A DNA stretch of 64,000 bases. It comes from Candidatus Pacearchaeota archaeon. GTDB lineage: Archaea > Nanobdellota > Nanobdellia > Pacearchaeales > GW2011-AR1. Positions 44,669 to 52,444 of the stretch are shown piece after piece. Every line of letters starts with the position of its first letter. Positions within the stretch are counted from its first letter, which is position 1. The translations under genes and the position numbers were made by a program. The notes beneath the pieces are model-generated. The model did no database searches and had not been told where the DNA came from. It saw nothing but the letters and a program-made list of their open reading frames with translations. Location: the NCBI GenBank assembly GCA_017609285.1, contig JAFCEE010000003.1, forward strand, positions 75,529-139,528, read 5' to 3'.

Positions 44669-47533
44669 CTAAACTTCTAAACTTACAATTTTGCTTATGC
44701 CTTCTTGCATGCTTATCCCATACAAAACTGTAGATTCAGTAATAATTGCATCATTGTGAGTTATAATGATATACTGACCTGTTTTCATATATTTTTTGAT
44801 TAGTGCTGCTAATCTTTCTGAATTTCTTTTATCTAAGGCAGCATCTACTTCATCAAAGATGTAAAAGCAGTATGGCTTATATTCTTGTATAGCAAATATG
44901 AGAGATAAAGCCACGAGAGTCTGTTCTCCTCCGCTTAAAGAAGTAACATCAAAATATTTCCCTTTTCCTATTTTAATAACTATATCCAAACCTCCAGAAA
45001 ATATGTCTTCTTTATTTTCCAGTTCAAGAAAAACCTGTCCTTTTGTTGAAAGTTGTATGAAGTTTCTGTTAAATAATTCATTGATTGCTTTTAATGTCCT
45101 AAGAAAAGTTCTTTTCTTTTTTTTGTCAATTTCTTCAATAATTTTCAGGATTTCCTGTTTTTCTTTTTCCAAAACAGAAGCTTTATCAGCTATAACATCA
45201 TATTGTTTTTTTATTGAGTCGTAAACTTCTAGAGCTTTTAGATTCACATTTCCAATATTGTCAAGAGCTGTCTGAGTTTTATTAAGCCTTTCTTCTAAAA
45301 TATATGGTGGCAGGTTGAATATTTTAATATTTTTGTAAGGTTCAAAATCTATCCCTAAATTCTCTTGTTCTGCCTTCAATCTTGCTATTTCTATTTTTAG
45401 ATTATTTATTTTTTCATCAATAAGAGATATTCTATTTTGGCTCTCTAATAAAGAAGAGTTATTTTTATGAATCTCTTTTTCGAATAACCTTCTTTTTTCA
45501 ATTAATTTCTGGAATTTGGCTTCTAGTCTTCTGTTCTCTTCTTCTTTTTCAGATAATTGTTGTTGTTTCTCTGTTATTTCTCCATTTATTTCTTCTATTT
45601 CCTGTTTTAAATCCTGTTCTTGCCTATTTAACTGTTTTAAAGTAAGTTTGAAATTTTCAAAATTTTTTTCTTTAAATTGTAACTCTGTGTTTATGTTCTC
45701 TTTAGTTCTTGAAGAAATTTCTTGTATATCTAAAATAATTGTATCATATCTTTCTTCTACATCGTTGTATTGTAGAATTTTTTTCTGTAAAGTTCCTTTC
45801 TCTTTTTCTAAAAGTTTTATTTCTTTTTGTAAGTCTTCTTGTTCTTCAGAAAGGGTTTTTATCTGTTGTTTTTTATCTTCTATGTTCTCTAATTTTATAA
45901 GGTCTGTTTCTGCTTTTAGTATGTTAGATTGCAAGGAAGTAAGTTGTGATTTTGTCTGTTGGATTTCTTTTTCTATTTGTTTTAATGATTTCTGTTTTGT
46001 TTGTATTTTCTGTTCAAAGTCAGATATTTTTTCATTTGACTCTCTGAAAACCTGCTTAATGTGTTCTTTAGTAATTTTACTCTTGCAAAGAGGACAGATA
46101 TCTAGTTTGCTTACTTGGGTTTTTATTTTTTCTAAATTAGAGATTTCTGTTTTATAAGAGAAAATTAGGTTTTCTTCTTGTTTTGCTTGTTTCTGTAATT
46201 TCTCAAAGTCAGTTTCTGCTTCTTCTTTTTGTTTCTTTAATTTTTGGATTTCTTCTTTACAGTTTTCTTTTTGAAAAAAAGAAAGATGTTGGGAAATTTT
46301 GTCTGATTCTTTAATTAAGAAAAAGATGTTATTTTTATTTTTTTGTAATTGTTGTTGTTTGTCTTTTAATTTTTCTTTTACAGTATTGAGTTTTTCTTTT
46401 ATAGTATAATAGGTTTCCCGCTCTTTTTCTATTTGCTCTAACTGCTCTTTTTTTTCTTCAAGTTCTTTCTGTTTCTTTGCTTGTGTCGGAAACTCTTTTC
46501 TTAATTTTTCTATATCCTGTTTTAGAGTTTCTAGATTTGATTTAATTTTATCTTTTCTGGATAAAAGTTCCTCCAGCCTATTTTCATTATTCTCTTTTCT
46601 TACATCTAAACCTGCAAGTTCTGCTCTTAAATCTGAAATTTCCCTGTTAAGTTCATCCTGCTCTTTGCCAGATGATGTTTGTATTTGAGAGTTTATTTTT
46701 TCTATCTCTCCTTCTAACTCATGTATTTTTTTTGTAATTCTTGCTTCATTCCCTTTTTCATCTTCCTTTTTTTTCTCTTTATCTTCTAATTGTTTTGTAA
46801 AATTTGAAAGCTCTTTTTCTTTTTCTTTTAATCTCCTCTTTATTATACTTGCTTTATATCTCTCTATATCTTCCTTTAATTTTTTATATTTTAGAGCTTG
46901 TTTTCTTTCTTCTTCCAAATTTCGTAAATATGTAGCTCTCTCCCTTAATGTTACTCCTACTTGTTTTAATTTCTCTTCTGTTTTTTCCAATTCTCTTAAA
47001 CTTTTTTCTTTCCTTACTTCATATACAGAAATACCAGCAACTTCTTCTATAACTTTTCTTCTTTCTTCCCCAGACATTCTTATTATATTGTTTATTTCTC
47101 CTTGGAGGACTATATTAAAACCATAAGGATCTATTCCTGCTTGTCCTAAAAGCTCGAGAACTTCTTGTCTTGTTTTAGTTTTATTATTTATTTTGTATAT
47201 GCTTTGTCCACTACTCCTTACTATTCTCTCTATTATTATTTCTTTCTCCTCCAAAGAAAATTTTTTATCTGTGTTGTCTAGAATTAATTTAACAGATGCT
47301 TCCATCGCGGGCCTATGTTGTTTAGTTCCTGCAAAAATTAAGTTTGCTGATTTTGCTGCTCTTAAACTTTTTATGCTCATTCTTCCTAAAACAAAGCAAA
47401 TTGCATCTGTGATATTGGACTTGCCAGAACCATTAGGCCCGACTATCACATTCATACTATTTACAAAAGAAATTTCTGTTTCTTTTGGAAAACTTTTGAA
47501 ACCTTTTAACACCAATTTTTTTATATAAACCAT
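44669..47533 (-). CDS. SMC-family ATPase with a central CxxC hook-like motif and no recognisable hinge domain
   Basis: N-terminus MVYIKKLVLKGFKSFPKETEISF...VGPNGSGKSNITDAICFVLG (SMC-type Walker A). C-terminus LSGGEQTLVALSLIFAIQEYKPYCFYIFDEVDAALD (signature + Walker B). About 700 aa of K/E-rich coiled coil lies between them, with LDICPLCKSK at the midpoint (codons at 46086-46097). Confidence 0.8.
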   Translation of the reverse strand: MVYIKKLVLKGFKSFPKETEISFVNSMNVIVGPNGSGKSNITDAICFVLGRMSIKSLRAAKSANLIFAGTKQHRPAMEASVKLILDNTDKKFSLEEKEIIIERIVRSSGQSIYKINNKTKTRQEVLELLGQAGIDPYGFNIVLQGEINNIIRMSGEERRKVIEEVAGISVYEVRKEKSLRELEKTEEKLKQVGVTLRERATYLRNLEEERKQALKYKKLKEDIERYKASIIKRRLKEKEKELSNFTKQLEDKEKKKEDEKGNEARITKKIHELEGEIEKINSQIQTSSGKEQDELNREISDLRAELAGLDVRKENNENRLEELLSRKDKIKSNLETLKQDIEKLRKEFPTQAKKQKELEEKKEQLEQIEKERETYYTIKEKLNTVKEKLKDKQQQLQKNKNNIFFLIKESDKISQHLSFFQKENCKEEIQKLKKQKEEAETDFEKLQKQAKQEENLIFSYKTEISNLEKIKTQVSKLDICPLCKSKITKEHIKQVFRESNEKISDFEQKIQTKQKSLKQIEKEIQQTKSQLTSLQSNILKAETDLIKLENIEDKKQQIKTLSEEQEDLQKEIKLLEKEKGTLQKKILQYNDVEERYDTIILDIQEISSRTKENINTELQFKEKNFENFKLTLKQLNRQEQDLKQEIEEINGEITEKQQQLSEKEEENRRLEAKFQKLIEKRRLFEKEIHKNNSSLLESQNRISLIDEKINNLKIEIARLKAEQENLGIDFEPYKNIKIFNLPPYILEERLNKTQTALDNIGNVNLKALEVYDSIKKQYDVIADKASVLEKEKQEILKIIEEIDKKKKRTFLRTLKAINELFNRNFIQLSTKGQVFLELENKEDIFSGGLDIVIKIGKGKYFDVTSLSGGEQTLVALSLIFAIQEYKPYCFYIFDEVDAALDKRNSERLAALIKKYMKTGQYIIITHNDAIITESTVLYGISMQEGISKIVSLEV

Positions 47534-47602
47534 GAAGACAATAAAGGAAGAGTATATTTAAAGTTTTATTTTAAGTTTTTGAAAAAAGGACAAACCGAAA
47601 GA

Positions 47603-47610
47603 TTTATAAA
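47603..47610 (+). promoter_or_regulatory. TATA-like box upstream of the structured RNA
   Basis: TTTATAAA lies 23-30 nt upstream of the first paired nucleotide of the RNA (47633). Confidence 0.4.
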
Positions 47611-47632
47611 CACTAAAAACCTTTAAAAATTA

Positions 47633-47758
47633 ATGATGGAGCTGGTGGAGTAATCAAGTTTGGATCTTCGGATTTAAACTTGGCTTCGGACATCAGCAGG
47701 CGGAAGAAACAAGTGGAGTCTTCGGACAATACTTGTCTTCGGTCGCCTTTTCCATCAT
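47633..47758 (+). ncRNA. unclassified ~126-nt structured RNA (three-way junction, four cUUCGg motifs)
   Basis: Closing helix ATGATGGA (47633-40) / TCCATCAT (47751-58). Arm 1: GCTGGTG (47641-47) / CATCAGC (47691-97) encloses an 11-bp hairpin AAGTTTGGATC-TTCG-GATTTAAACTT (47656-81, two G-U pairs). Arm 2: GGCG..AAGA (47699-707) / TCTT..CGCC (47736-47) encloses ACAAGT-GGA-GTC-TTCG-GAC-AAT-ACTTGT (47709-36). The G-U pairs and UUCG loops only work on the + strand. A T5 run follows at 47774-78. Confidence 0.6.
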
Positions 47759-47901
47759 ATGTGTTTCTCTAGATTTTTAGGATTTTGTTAAGTTAATAAT
47801 ATTAGAATTTAATAAACTATGAAATAGTTCTAATATCCTCGACATTTATATCCTGGGGCTAAATGGTTATTTAGAATAGGAGCATTTTTTTTCTTTTTTT
47901 T

Positions 47902-48336
47902 TTGGCTATATTTTTATCTGTTTTTCTTGGTTTTGTGGCCTTGTCTCTTATGGGCGGTACAGGAATCTTGATATTAATAATTTTCATAATAATATTTACA
48001 ATTGTTGCGTCTGAGATATATGCTAGACTAGCTTATAAAAACTGGAAGTATGAATTTACTCCTACTAATCTAAAAATAGAAAGAGGTATTATATGGAAAA
48101 GATACTCTAACATTCCTTATGAGAGAGTTCAGAACGTTGATATTTATAGAGGTATTTTAGCTCGAATTTTAAGATTTTCTAGTGTAATGATTCAAACTGC
48201 GGGCTATTCGGTAGGTTATGGAAGACATGGAAGAGTAAGGCCAGAAGGTTATCTTCCTGCTGTAGGTATGGAGGAAGCTGAAAAAATTAGAAATTTTTTA
48301 ATAAAAAAGATTGTAAAATCGAAAGGTGGGCTCTAA
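47902..48336 (+). CDS. membrane protein with bacterial PH-like (YdbS/DUF304-type) domain
   Basis: Two N-terminal TM helices, then YEFTPTNLKIERGIIWKRYSNIPYERVQNVDIYRGILARILRFSSVMIQTAG. TTG start in the ORF track. Confidence 0.6.
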   Translation: MAIFLSVFLGFVALSLMGGTGILILIIFIIIFTIVASEIYARLAYKNWKYEFTPTNLKIERGIIWKRYSNIPYERVQNVDIYRGILARILRFSSVMIQTAGYSVGYGRHGRVRPEGYLPAVGMEEAEKIRNFLIKKIVKSKGGL

Positions 48337-48337
48337 T

Positions 48338-49009
48338 TTAAAAACTAGATAATTTTTTCTGTTTTTTTTCTCCATTAACTTTTCTCCACGTAACCCAGGT
48401 TTCTCTGAAAATGCCGTCTTTTTTAAATTTTGAAGAATGGTTTTTGAGGAATTCCTTTGTTCTAGGATCTGAAGGATAACCAGAACCGAAATCTAATCCC
48501 AATTTTCTTTTTATTTTCCCTACTTCTTTTTCGCGAGTTGACTTAGCAAGGATAGATGCAGCTGCAACTGCGATATGATTAGAGTCTGCTTTATGTTCGC
48601 AATAAAGTTCAAGATTTTCAGTGTTAGTGATATGACTCATTAGAATAGCACGCCATTTTCTTGCATTAGGGGAAGGACAGTCTACTATTACTATTATCTT
48701 ATCCAGACCTTTATTCATCTTATTTATTATCTCTCCTGCTTTAATTGCTTCTATTCTATTTAGATTTATTCCTGCGTTAGTTTTTCCGTCTATTTCTTTT
48801 GGCGAGATAATTGAAATATGGTAAGAGAAAGCTTTTTTTCTTATTATTTCAGCTAGAATTTCTCTTCTTCTTGGAGTTAATTTTTTACTGTCTTTAACTC
48901 CTAACTGTCTTAATTCTTTTTCAAGTTCAGAGTCGATTAAAACTCCAACTAGAATCATTGGACCTATTACAGGGCCTCTTCCACTGTCATCTATTCCTAA
49001 AATCAGCAT
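48338..49009 (-). CDS. rnhB: ribonuclease HII
   Basis: MLILGIDDSGRGPVIGPMILVGV...VDCPSPN...EHKADSNHIAVAAASILAK...GSGYPSD. Confidence 0.9.
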   Translation of the reverse strand: MLILGIDDSGRGPVIGPMILVGVLIDSELEKELRQLGVKDSKKLTPRRREILAEIIRKKAFSYHISIISPKEIDGKTNAGINLNRIEAIKAGEIINKMNKGLDKIIVIVDCPSPNARKWRAILMSHITNTENLELYCEHKADSNHIAVAAASILAKSTREKEVGKIKRKLGLDFGSGYPSDPRTKEFLKNHSSKFKKDGIFRETWVTWRKVNGEKKQKKLSSF

Positions 49010-49070
49010 AATGTTTATTGTGATTTTAGATTATTAAATGTTTTCATAATTTGCTCTCTATGAATAAGAA

Positions 49071-49201
49071 TAGCGGGGGCGGGAATTTCATGCGCTCCTT
49101 TTGAGGAACCCAATTTGAACCACGCGACCTCGAGGTTATGGGCCTCGCGAGCACTCCAGGTTGAGCTATGCATCAAAAATACATATCTGCTCCACCCCGC
49201 T
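49071..49201 (-). tRNA. tRNA-Met(CAU), A1:U72 initiator-like, with at least two non-canonical insertions (introns)
   Basis: The minus strand reads AGCGGGG-UG-GAGC-AG[~26 nt]CCUGGAGU-GCUC-G-CGAGG-CCCAUAA-CCUCG-AGGUC-GCGUGG-UUCAAAU[~29 nt]CCCGC-CCCCGCU-A. Acceptor, D-stem, anticodon arm and T-loop are recognisable, but the locus is 131 nt. Exact splice sites were not resolved by eye. Confidence 0.7.
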
Positions 49202-49253
49202 ATAATTATTCTCATATCAACAAGCTTTTAAACCTTTTTGTCTCCTTATTCTT

Positions 49254-49496
49254 ATGACAGGTGAAGGTGAAGGAAAAATCAAGTTAGGTAAGGCAAATGT
49301 ATATATACATTTGAAAGGTAAAAGTAGGGCAAGAATTACTCATATAGATGTAGAGTTAGATGAGATAAACAAGGTAATAGAGCCAGGAGAATCTACATAT
49401 TGTCAAGGAAAAGAAGGAGGAGTTTTTCTTGGTTTAAAAAAAGAGGCGATTAAAAGAGCTGAAAAATTAGCTAGAAAAAAAAGTAAGAAAGAGTAG
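49254..49496 (+). CDS. hypothetical protein
   Basis: 80-aa ORF with a basic C-terminus. No family recognised. Confidence 0.4.
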   Translation: MTGEGEGKIKLGKANVYIHLKGKSRARITHIDVELDEINKVIEPGESTYCQGKEGGVFLGLKKEAIKRAEKLARKKSKKE

Positions 49497-49623
49497 AATG
49501 GGAAAAGTGAGATGTTTTTATATGCGACAATTGCTTCCTTTTTTCAAATATCGTTGTTATATCTCTGATTCTAGAAAAGGCAAGAGGTAAAATTTAAAAG
49601 TTCCTGATTCTCTACAATTCCAA

Positions 49624-49707
49624 GCCCGGATGGCCCAGTGGTTACGGCGCGAGGTTGCTAACCTCGTTTCCCTTGTGGATTCCCAGGTTCGAATCCTGGT
49701 CCGGGCG
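49624..49707 (+). tRNA. tRNA-Ser(GCU), type II with long variable arm
   Basis: Acceptor GCCCGGA/UCCGGGC, 3-bp D stem, anticodon arm CGAGG-UU-GCU-AA-CCUCG, long variable arm UUUCCCUUGUGGAUU, T arm CCCAG-GUUCGAAU-CCUGG, discriminator G. Confidence 0.9.
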
Positions 49708-49801
49708 TTCTTCTGACTGAACAAGTACAGAAATTTTGAAGAAAATTTGGGCAAGGTTTATAAATCTCTTTTGTTTCAACTGAGAAGAAAAGGAGTGAAA
49801 A

Positions 49802-50071
49802 ATGGCAGAAAAGTTAAATGCTGTAAAATTTGGTTTGGCAGGAGGTGTTGTAACAGCAATATGTGTAGCTTTAACTACTATAATGGGTATATTCGGATTT
49901 TTCCCTGAGTATACTGCTTTGTCTTTTGAGTGGCTTGAGAGTATCTATGGATTTTTAGGTTATTCTGGAGCTAACTGGTTATCAGTTATATTGGGAGCAT
50001 TATACAGTTTTGTAGACGGATTTATATTTGTGTGGATATTTGCTTTGATTTATAATAAACTTGTTAGCTAA
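49802..50071 (+). CDS. small membrane protein
   Basis: 89 aa with three hydrophobic segments. GGAGTG SD-like sequence upstream. Confidence 0.5.
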   Translation: MAEKLNAVKFGLAGGVVTAICVALTTIMGIFGFFPEYTALSFEWLESIYGFLGYSGANWLSVILGALYSFVDGFIFVWIFALIYNKLVS

Positions 50072-50072
50072 G

Positions 50073-50450
50073 ATGAGGGTAAAAGAAATTATGAAGAGAG
50101 CAATAGTTATAGAGCAGGATGTAAAAGTTAGAGAGGCAGCTGGAATAATGTCTGAAAAAAGGATAGGAAGTTTGATAGTTTTAAAAGGGAAAAAAATTGT
50201 TGGAATAATTACAGAAAGAGATATAATGAGAAATGTCAATAAGTTAAATAGAAAGGTCTCTGACATAATGTCAAAAAATGTTATAACTATAGATAAAGAA
50301 GATAGTATAGATGATGCTGCCTCTTTAATGGCAAATCATAAAATTAAAAAACTTCCTGTTTTAGAAAATAGGAGATTGGTCGGAATTATAACAGCAACAG
50401 ATTTGATTGCAAATTCTGATGAGTTAAATGAAGAGTTTTTTTTTGATTAA
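50073..50450 (+). CDS. CBS-domain pair protein
   Basis: Two CBS repeats (VKEIMKRAIVIEQD...IGSLIVLKGKKIVGIITERDI; VSDIMSKNVITIDKE...KIKKLPVLENRRLVGIITATDL). The ORF track starts at TTG 50061. Confidence 0.8.
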   Translation: MRVKEIMKRAIVIEQDVKVREAAGIMSEKRIGSLIVLKGKKIVGIITERDIMRNVNKLNRKVSDIMSKNVITIDKEDSIDDAASLMANHKIKKLPVLENRRLVGIITATDLIANSDELNEEFFFD

Positions 50451-50451
50451 G

Positions 50452-51006
50452 CTATAATACAATAATTTTATTCTTTGTTTCCTTAGCTTTGTATAAAGCT
50501 TTATCAGCTCTTTTTTTAAAACTTGTTTCGCTGTCTCTTTTCTTATATTCTGTTAAGCCGGCAGAAATAGTAATATGAAAAGATTTTAATTTTTCTTCAA
50601 CAGATTTTCTTATTCTTTCTGCCACCTTTTTTGCTTTAATTGATGTGGTATTTGGTAACAAAACTATAAACTCTTCTCCTCCGAACCTTGCCACTATATC
50701 GGATTTTCTTACACAACTTTCAATTATTTTCGCTATTTTTATCAAGAATTTATCAGCTTTTATGTGGCCAAATTTTGTATTTATTTGTTTAAAATTATCT
50801 ACATCAAATATAGCTAAACTTAAATTTTCACCTCGTTTAGCTTTTTCAAATTCTATATTTAGGATTTCTTGAAAAAATTTATAATTATATAATCCTGTTT
50901 TTTCATCTTTTGTTGCTATCTCATATAAAGCATTTATATTTTTGTCAATATTTTCAATAAGTGATTTTAAATTTTCTCTTAAATGTTTTAAATTTTTAAC
51001 TTCCAT
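50452..51006 (-). CDS. GGDEF-domain diguanylate cyclase (stand-alone, short coiled-coil N-terminus)
   Basis: KDEKTGLYNYKFFQEIL...SLAIFDVDNFKQINTKFGH..ADKFL...RKSDIVARFGGEEFIVLLPNT...ITISAGL...ADKALYKAK. GGEEF active site, with RxxD exactly 5 residues upstream. Confidence 0.85.
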   Translation of the reverse strand: MEVKNLKHLRENLKSLIENIDKNINALYEIATKDEKTGLYNYKFFQEILNIEFEKAKRGENLSLAIFDVDNFKQINTKFGHIKADKFLIKIAKIIESCVRKSDIVARFGGEEFIVLLPNTTSIKAKKVAERIRKSVEEKLKSFHITISAGLTEYKKRDSETSFKKRADKALYKAKETKNKIIVL

Positions 51007-51008
51007 GT

Positions 51009-51800
51009 TTACTGCTTCTTTACATCGCTTGTTCTTTTATACCTTACGTTGAGATGATTTAATAATTTTATTGTTTCTTGTCTTTCTCTACTCTTTAAAC
51101 CTTTCCAGTCCATCAAAGCAAGAGGGTCTTGTTCTTCTGTCTTATTAACTGCCTCTTTCAACATTTCTTCTGTAATTGGAAAAGCATATTGTGGAATAAT
51201 GTGTCCTAAAGCATATTCGCTATTTAACTGAATTTTGTTAAAATTAGGACAGTAGTGAGGTCCTCCTATCCCTATTGCCACTTTCCATTTTCCTAATTTT
51301 TCCCTATTAAAAGTTTCAATTGATTTTTTTATTGTTTCTGCTATTACCTTACCTGCTTGTTTATCTTGCCATTCTTCCTCGCTACTACCTATTTCAATAA
51401 AACAGCAAGGCTTTTCTATATAAGGGCCATGATGAGTTACTTCAAGAGTAACTTCATATCCAGAATTTTTTGCTTGCTCGTTGAGAGTTTGAAATAAGTG
51501 CTTGAGAAAAAAAGCTGATGTTCCGCAAACTTGCCCTTCCCTACCACCAAGCTCAGCTTTTTTCCAGTTGCCAGGTGCATGTATGCTTAAAGTTTTTCTC
51601 TGTTGTTGAGAGGCATGTTTACTTGCAAAGATTACAAAGTCTGCTTCTATCTGCTCTTTTTCTATTTCTTCATCTATATTCTCTGCATAAATTATTTCTT
51701 TTTCTGTTAAGTATATTGGCAAGCTGTTTAATTTTTCCAACTCCCCTACTATGTTCATTCCTGCTTTATCTTTTTTACTTGCTATTATTGCTGGTTTCAT
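51009..51800 (-). CDS. dtdA: D-aminoacyl-tRNA deacylase, archaeal DTD2 type
   Basis: MKPAIIASKKDKAGMNI...FASKHASQQQRKTLSIHAPGNW....GG...VTLEVTHHGP...GGPHY. Confidence 0.75.
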   Translation of the reverse strand: MKPAIIASKKDKAGMNIVGELEKLNSLPIYLTEKEIIYAENIDEEIEKEQIEADFVIFASKHASQQQRKTLSIHAPGNWKKAELGGREGQVCGTSAFFLKHLFQTLNEQAKNSGYEVTLEVTHHGPYIEKPCCFIEIGSSEEEWQDKQAGKVIAETIKKSIETFNREKLGKWKVAIGIGGPHYCPNFNKIQLNSEYALGHIIPQYAFPITEEMLKEAVNKTEEQDPLALMDWKGLKSRERQETIKLLNHLNVRYKRTSDVKKQ

Positions 51801-51944
51801 AAATGAGAATATATTATTAGTTATATAAAAGTTTATATGTCAGTTATTTAATCAGATATCGGTATACTGAATTTATTATAAAGAAGTTTTTTCCTAGCCT
51901 AATTGTTTAGATAATTATAAAAACCGAGGAATTTTAGATAAGTT

Positions 51945-52196
51945 ATGATACAAATAATTTTAATCATAGTGATATTGTTGCTCGCTTTTCCTCTTGGTTA
52001 CTTATTAGCTTATCTTGCGAGAGATGAATTAGTGGAGGGAAGAAAATGGTTTAAATTACTAGCTTTTGTTTCTGGAATTTTTGCCATAATTTTTTTGTTT
52101 TTTTCTCTTGCTACAAGTTTAACTTTAGTGTTCATATCAATTGTAAGTTTAATAAGTTTGATTAAAAGTTATGATAAGAAATTTGTTAAGGGTTAA
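51945..52196 (+). CDS. small two/three-TM membrane protein
   Basis: 83 aa, hydrophobic. No family recognised. Confidence 0.4.
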   Translation: MIQIILIIVILLLAFPLGYLLAYLARDELVEGRKWFKLLAFVSGIFAIIFLFFSLATSLTLVFISIVSLISLIKSYDKKFVKG

Positions 52197-52199
52197 TGA

Positions 52200-52334
52200 T
52201 TAAAAAGGCAAGGAATTTTTTACTCTTTCTATAATTGGCAGTAGGGGAGATAAATTAAAACCTAAAACTCCGAGCATAGTTACAGGAAACATTATTGCTA
52301 AGATTATGTAAATTAATAAATTCCTCTTTTTCAT
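52200..52334 (-). CDS. possible 44-aa membrane micro-protein
   Basis: Hand translation: MKKRNLLIYIILAIMFPVTMLGVLGFNLSPLLPIIERVKNSLPF*. Below the ORF-track cutoff and weakly supported. Confidence 0.25.
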   Translation of the reverse strand: MKKRNLLIYIILAIMFPVTMLGVLGFNLSPLLPIIERVKNSLPF

Positions 52335-52444
52335 TTTTTCTCTTTAAGAAAAAGAGATTCTTAAATTTTTTTGATTTAGAAACAATTAAAAATATTGGAA
52401 TTTTAATTTGATAAAAGAGGTAAGAGAGGCGGAGAGATAGAAAA

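Noticed and set aside
45516-46157. 213-aa plus-strand ORF, and similar ORFs at 44898-45224 and 47193-47528, inside the SMC-like gene
   Set aside because: These are antisense to a long K/E-rich coiled-coil gene. Their translations are Ser/Phe/Cys low-complexity strings, as expected from reading AAR/GAR codons backwards. No motifs or start context support them.
44669-47533. Annotating the 954-aa ATPase simply as Rad50
   Set aside because: The Walker A context (GFKSF...GPNGSGKSN), signature and Walker B (DEVDAALD) are SMC-type. No mre11, nurA or herA is adjacent. Only the central CxxC is Rad50-like.
47633-47758. Calling the structured RNA a 5S rRNA, C/D box sRNA, SRP RNA or RNase P RNA
   Set aside because: It is far too short for SRP or RNase P RNA. 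It has a C-box-like UGAUGG but no CUGA D box or guide architecture. The 5S-like topology lacks recognisable 5S conserved loop sequences by eye. It is left unclassified pending a covariance-model search.
49015-49215. 66-aa minus-strand ORF
   Set aside because: It is fully explained by the tRNA-Met(CAU) locus (49071-49201). Its openness reflects the GC-rich tRNA sequence in an AT-rich genome.
49557-49754. 65-aa minus-strand ORF
   Set aside because: It lies antisense across tRNA-Ser(GCU) (49624-49707), and the Arg/Trp-rich translation is typical of tRNA-derived spurious ORFs.
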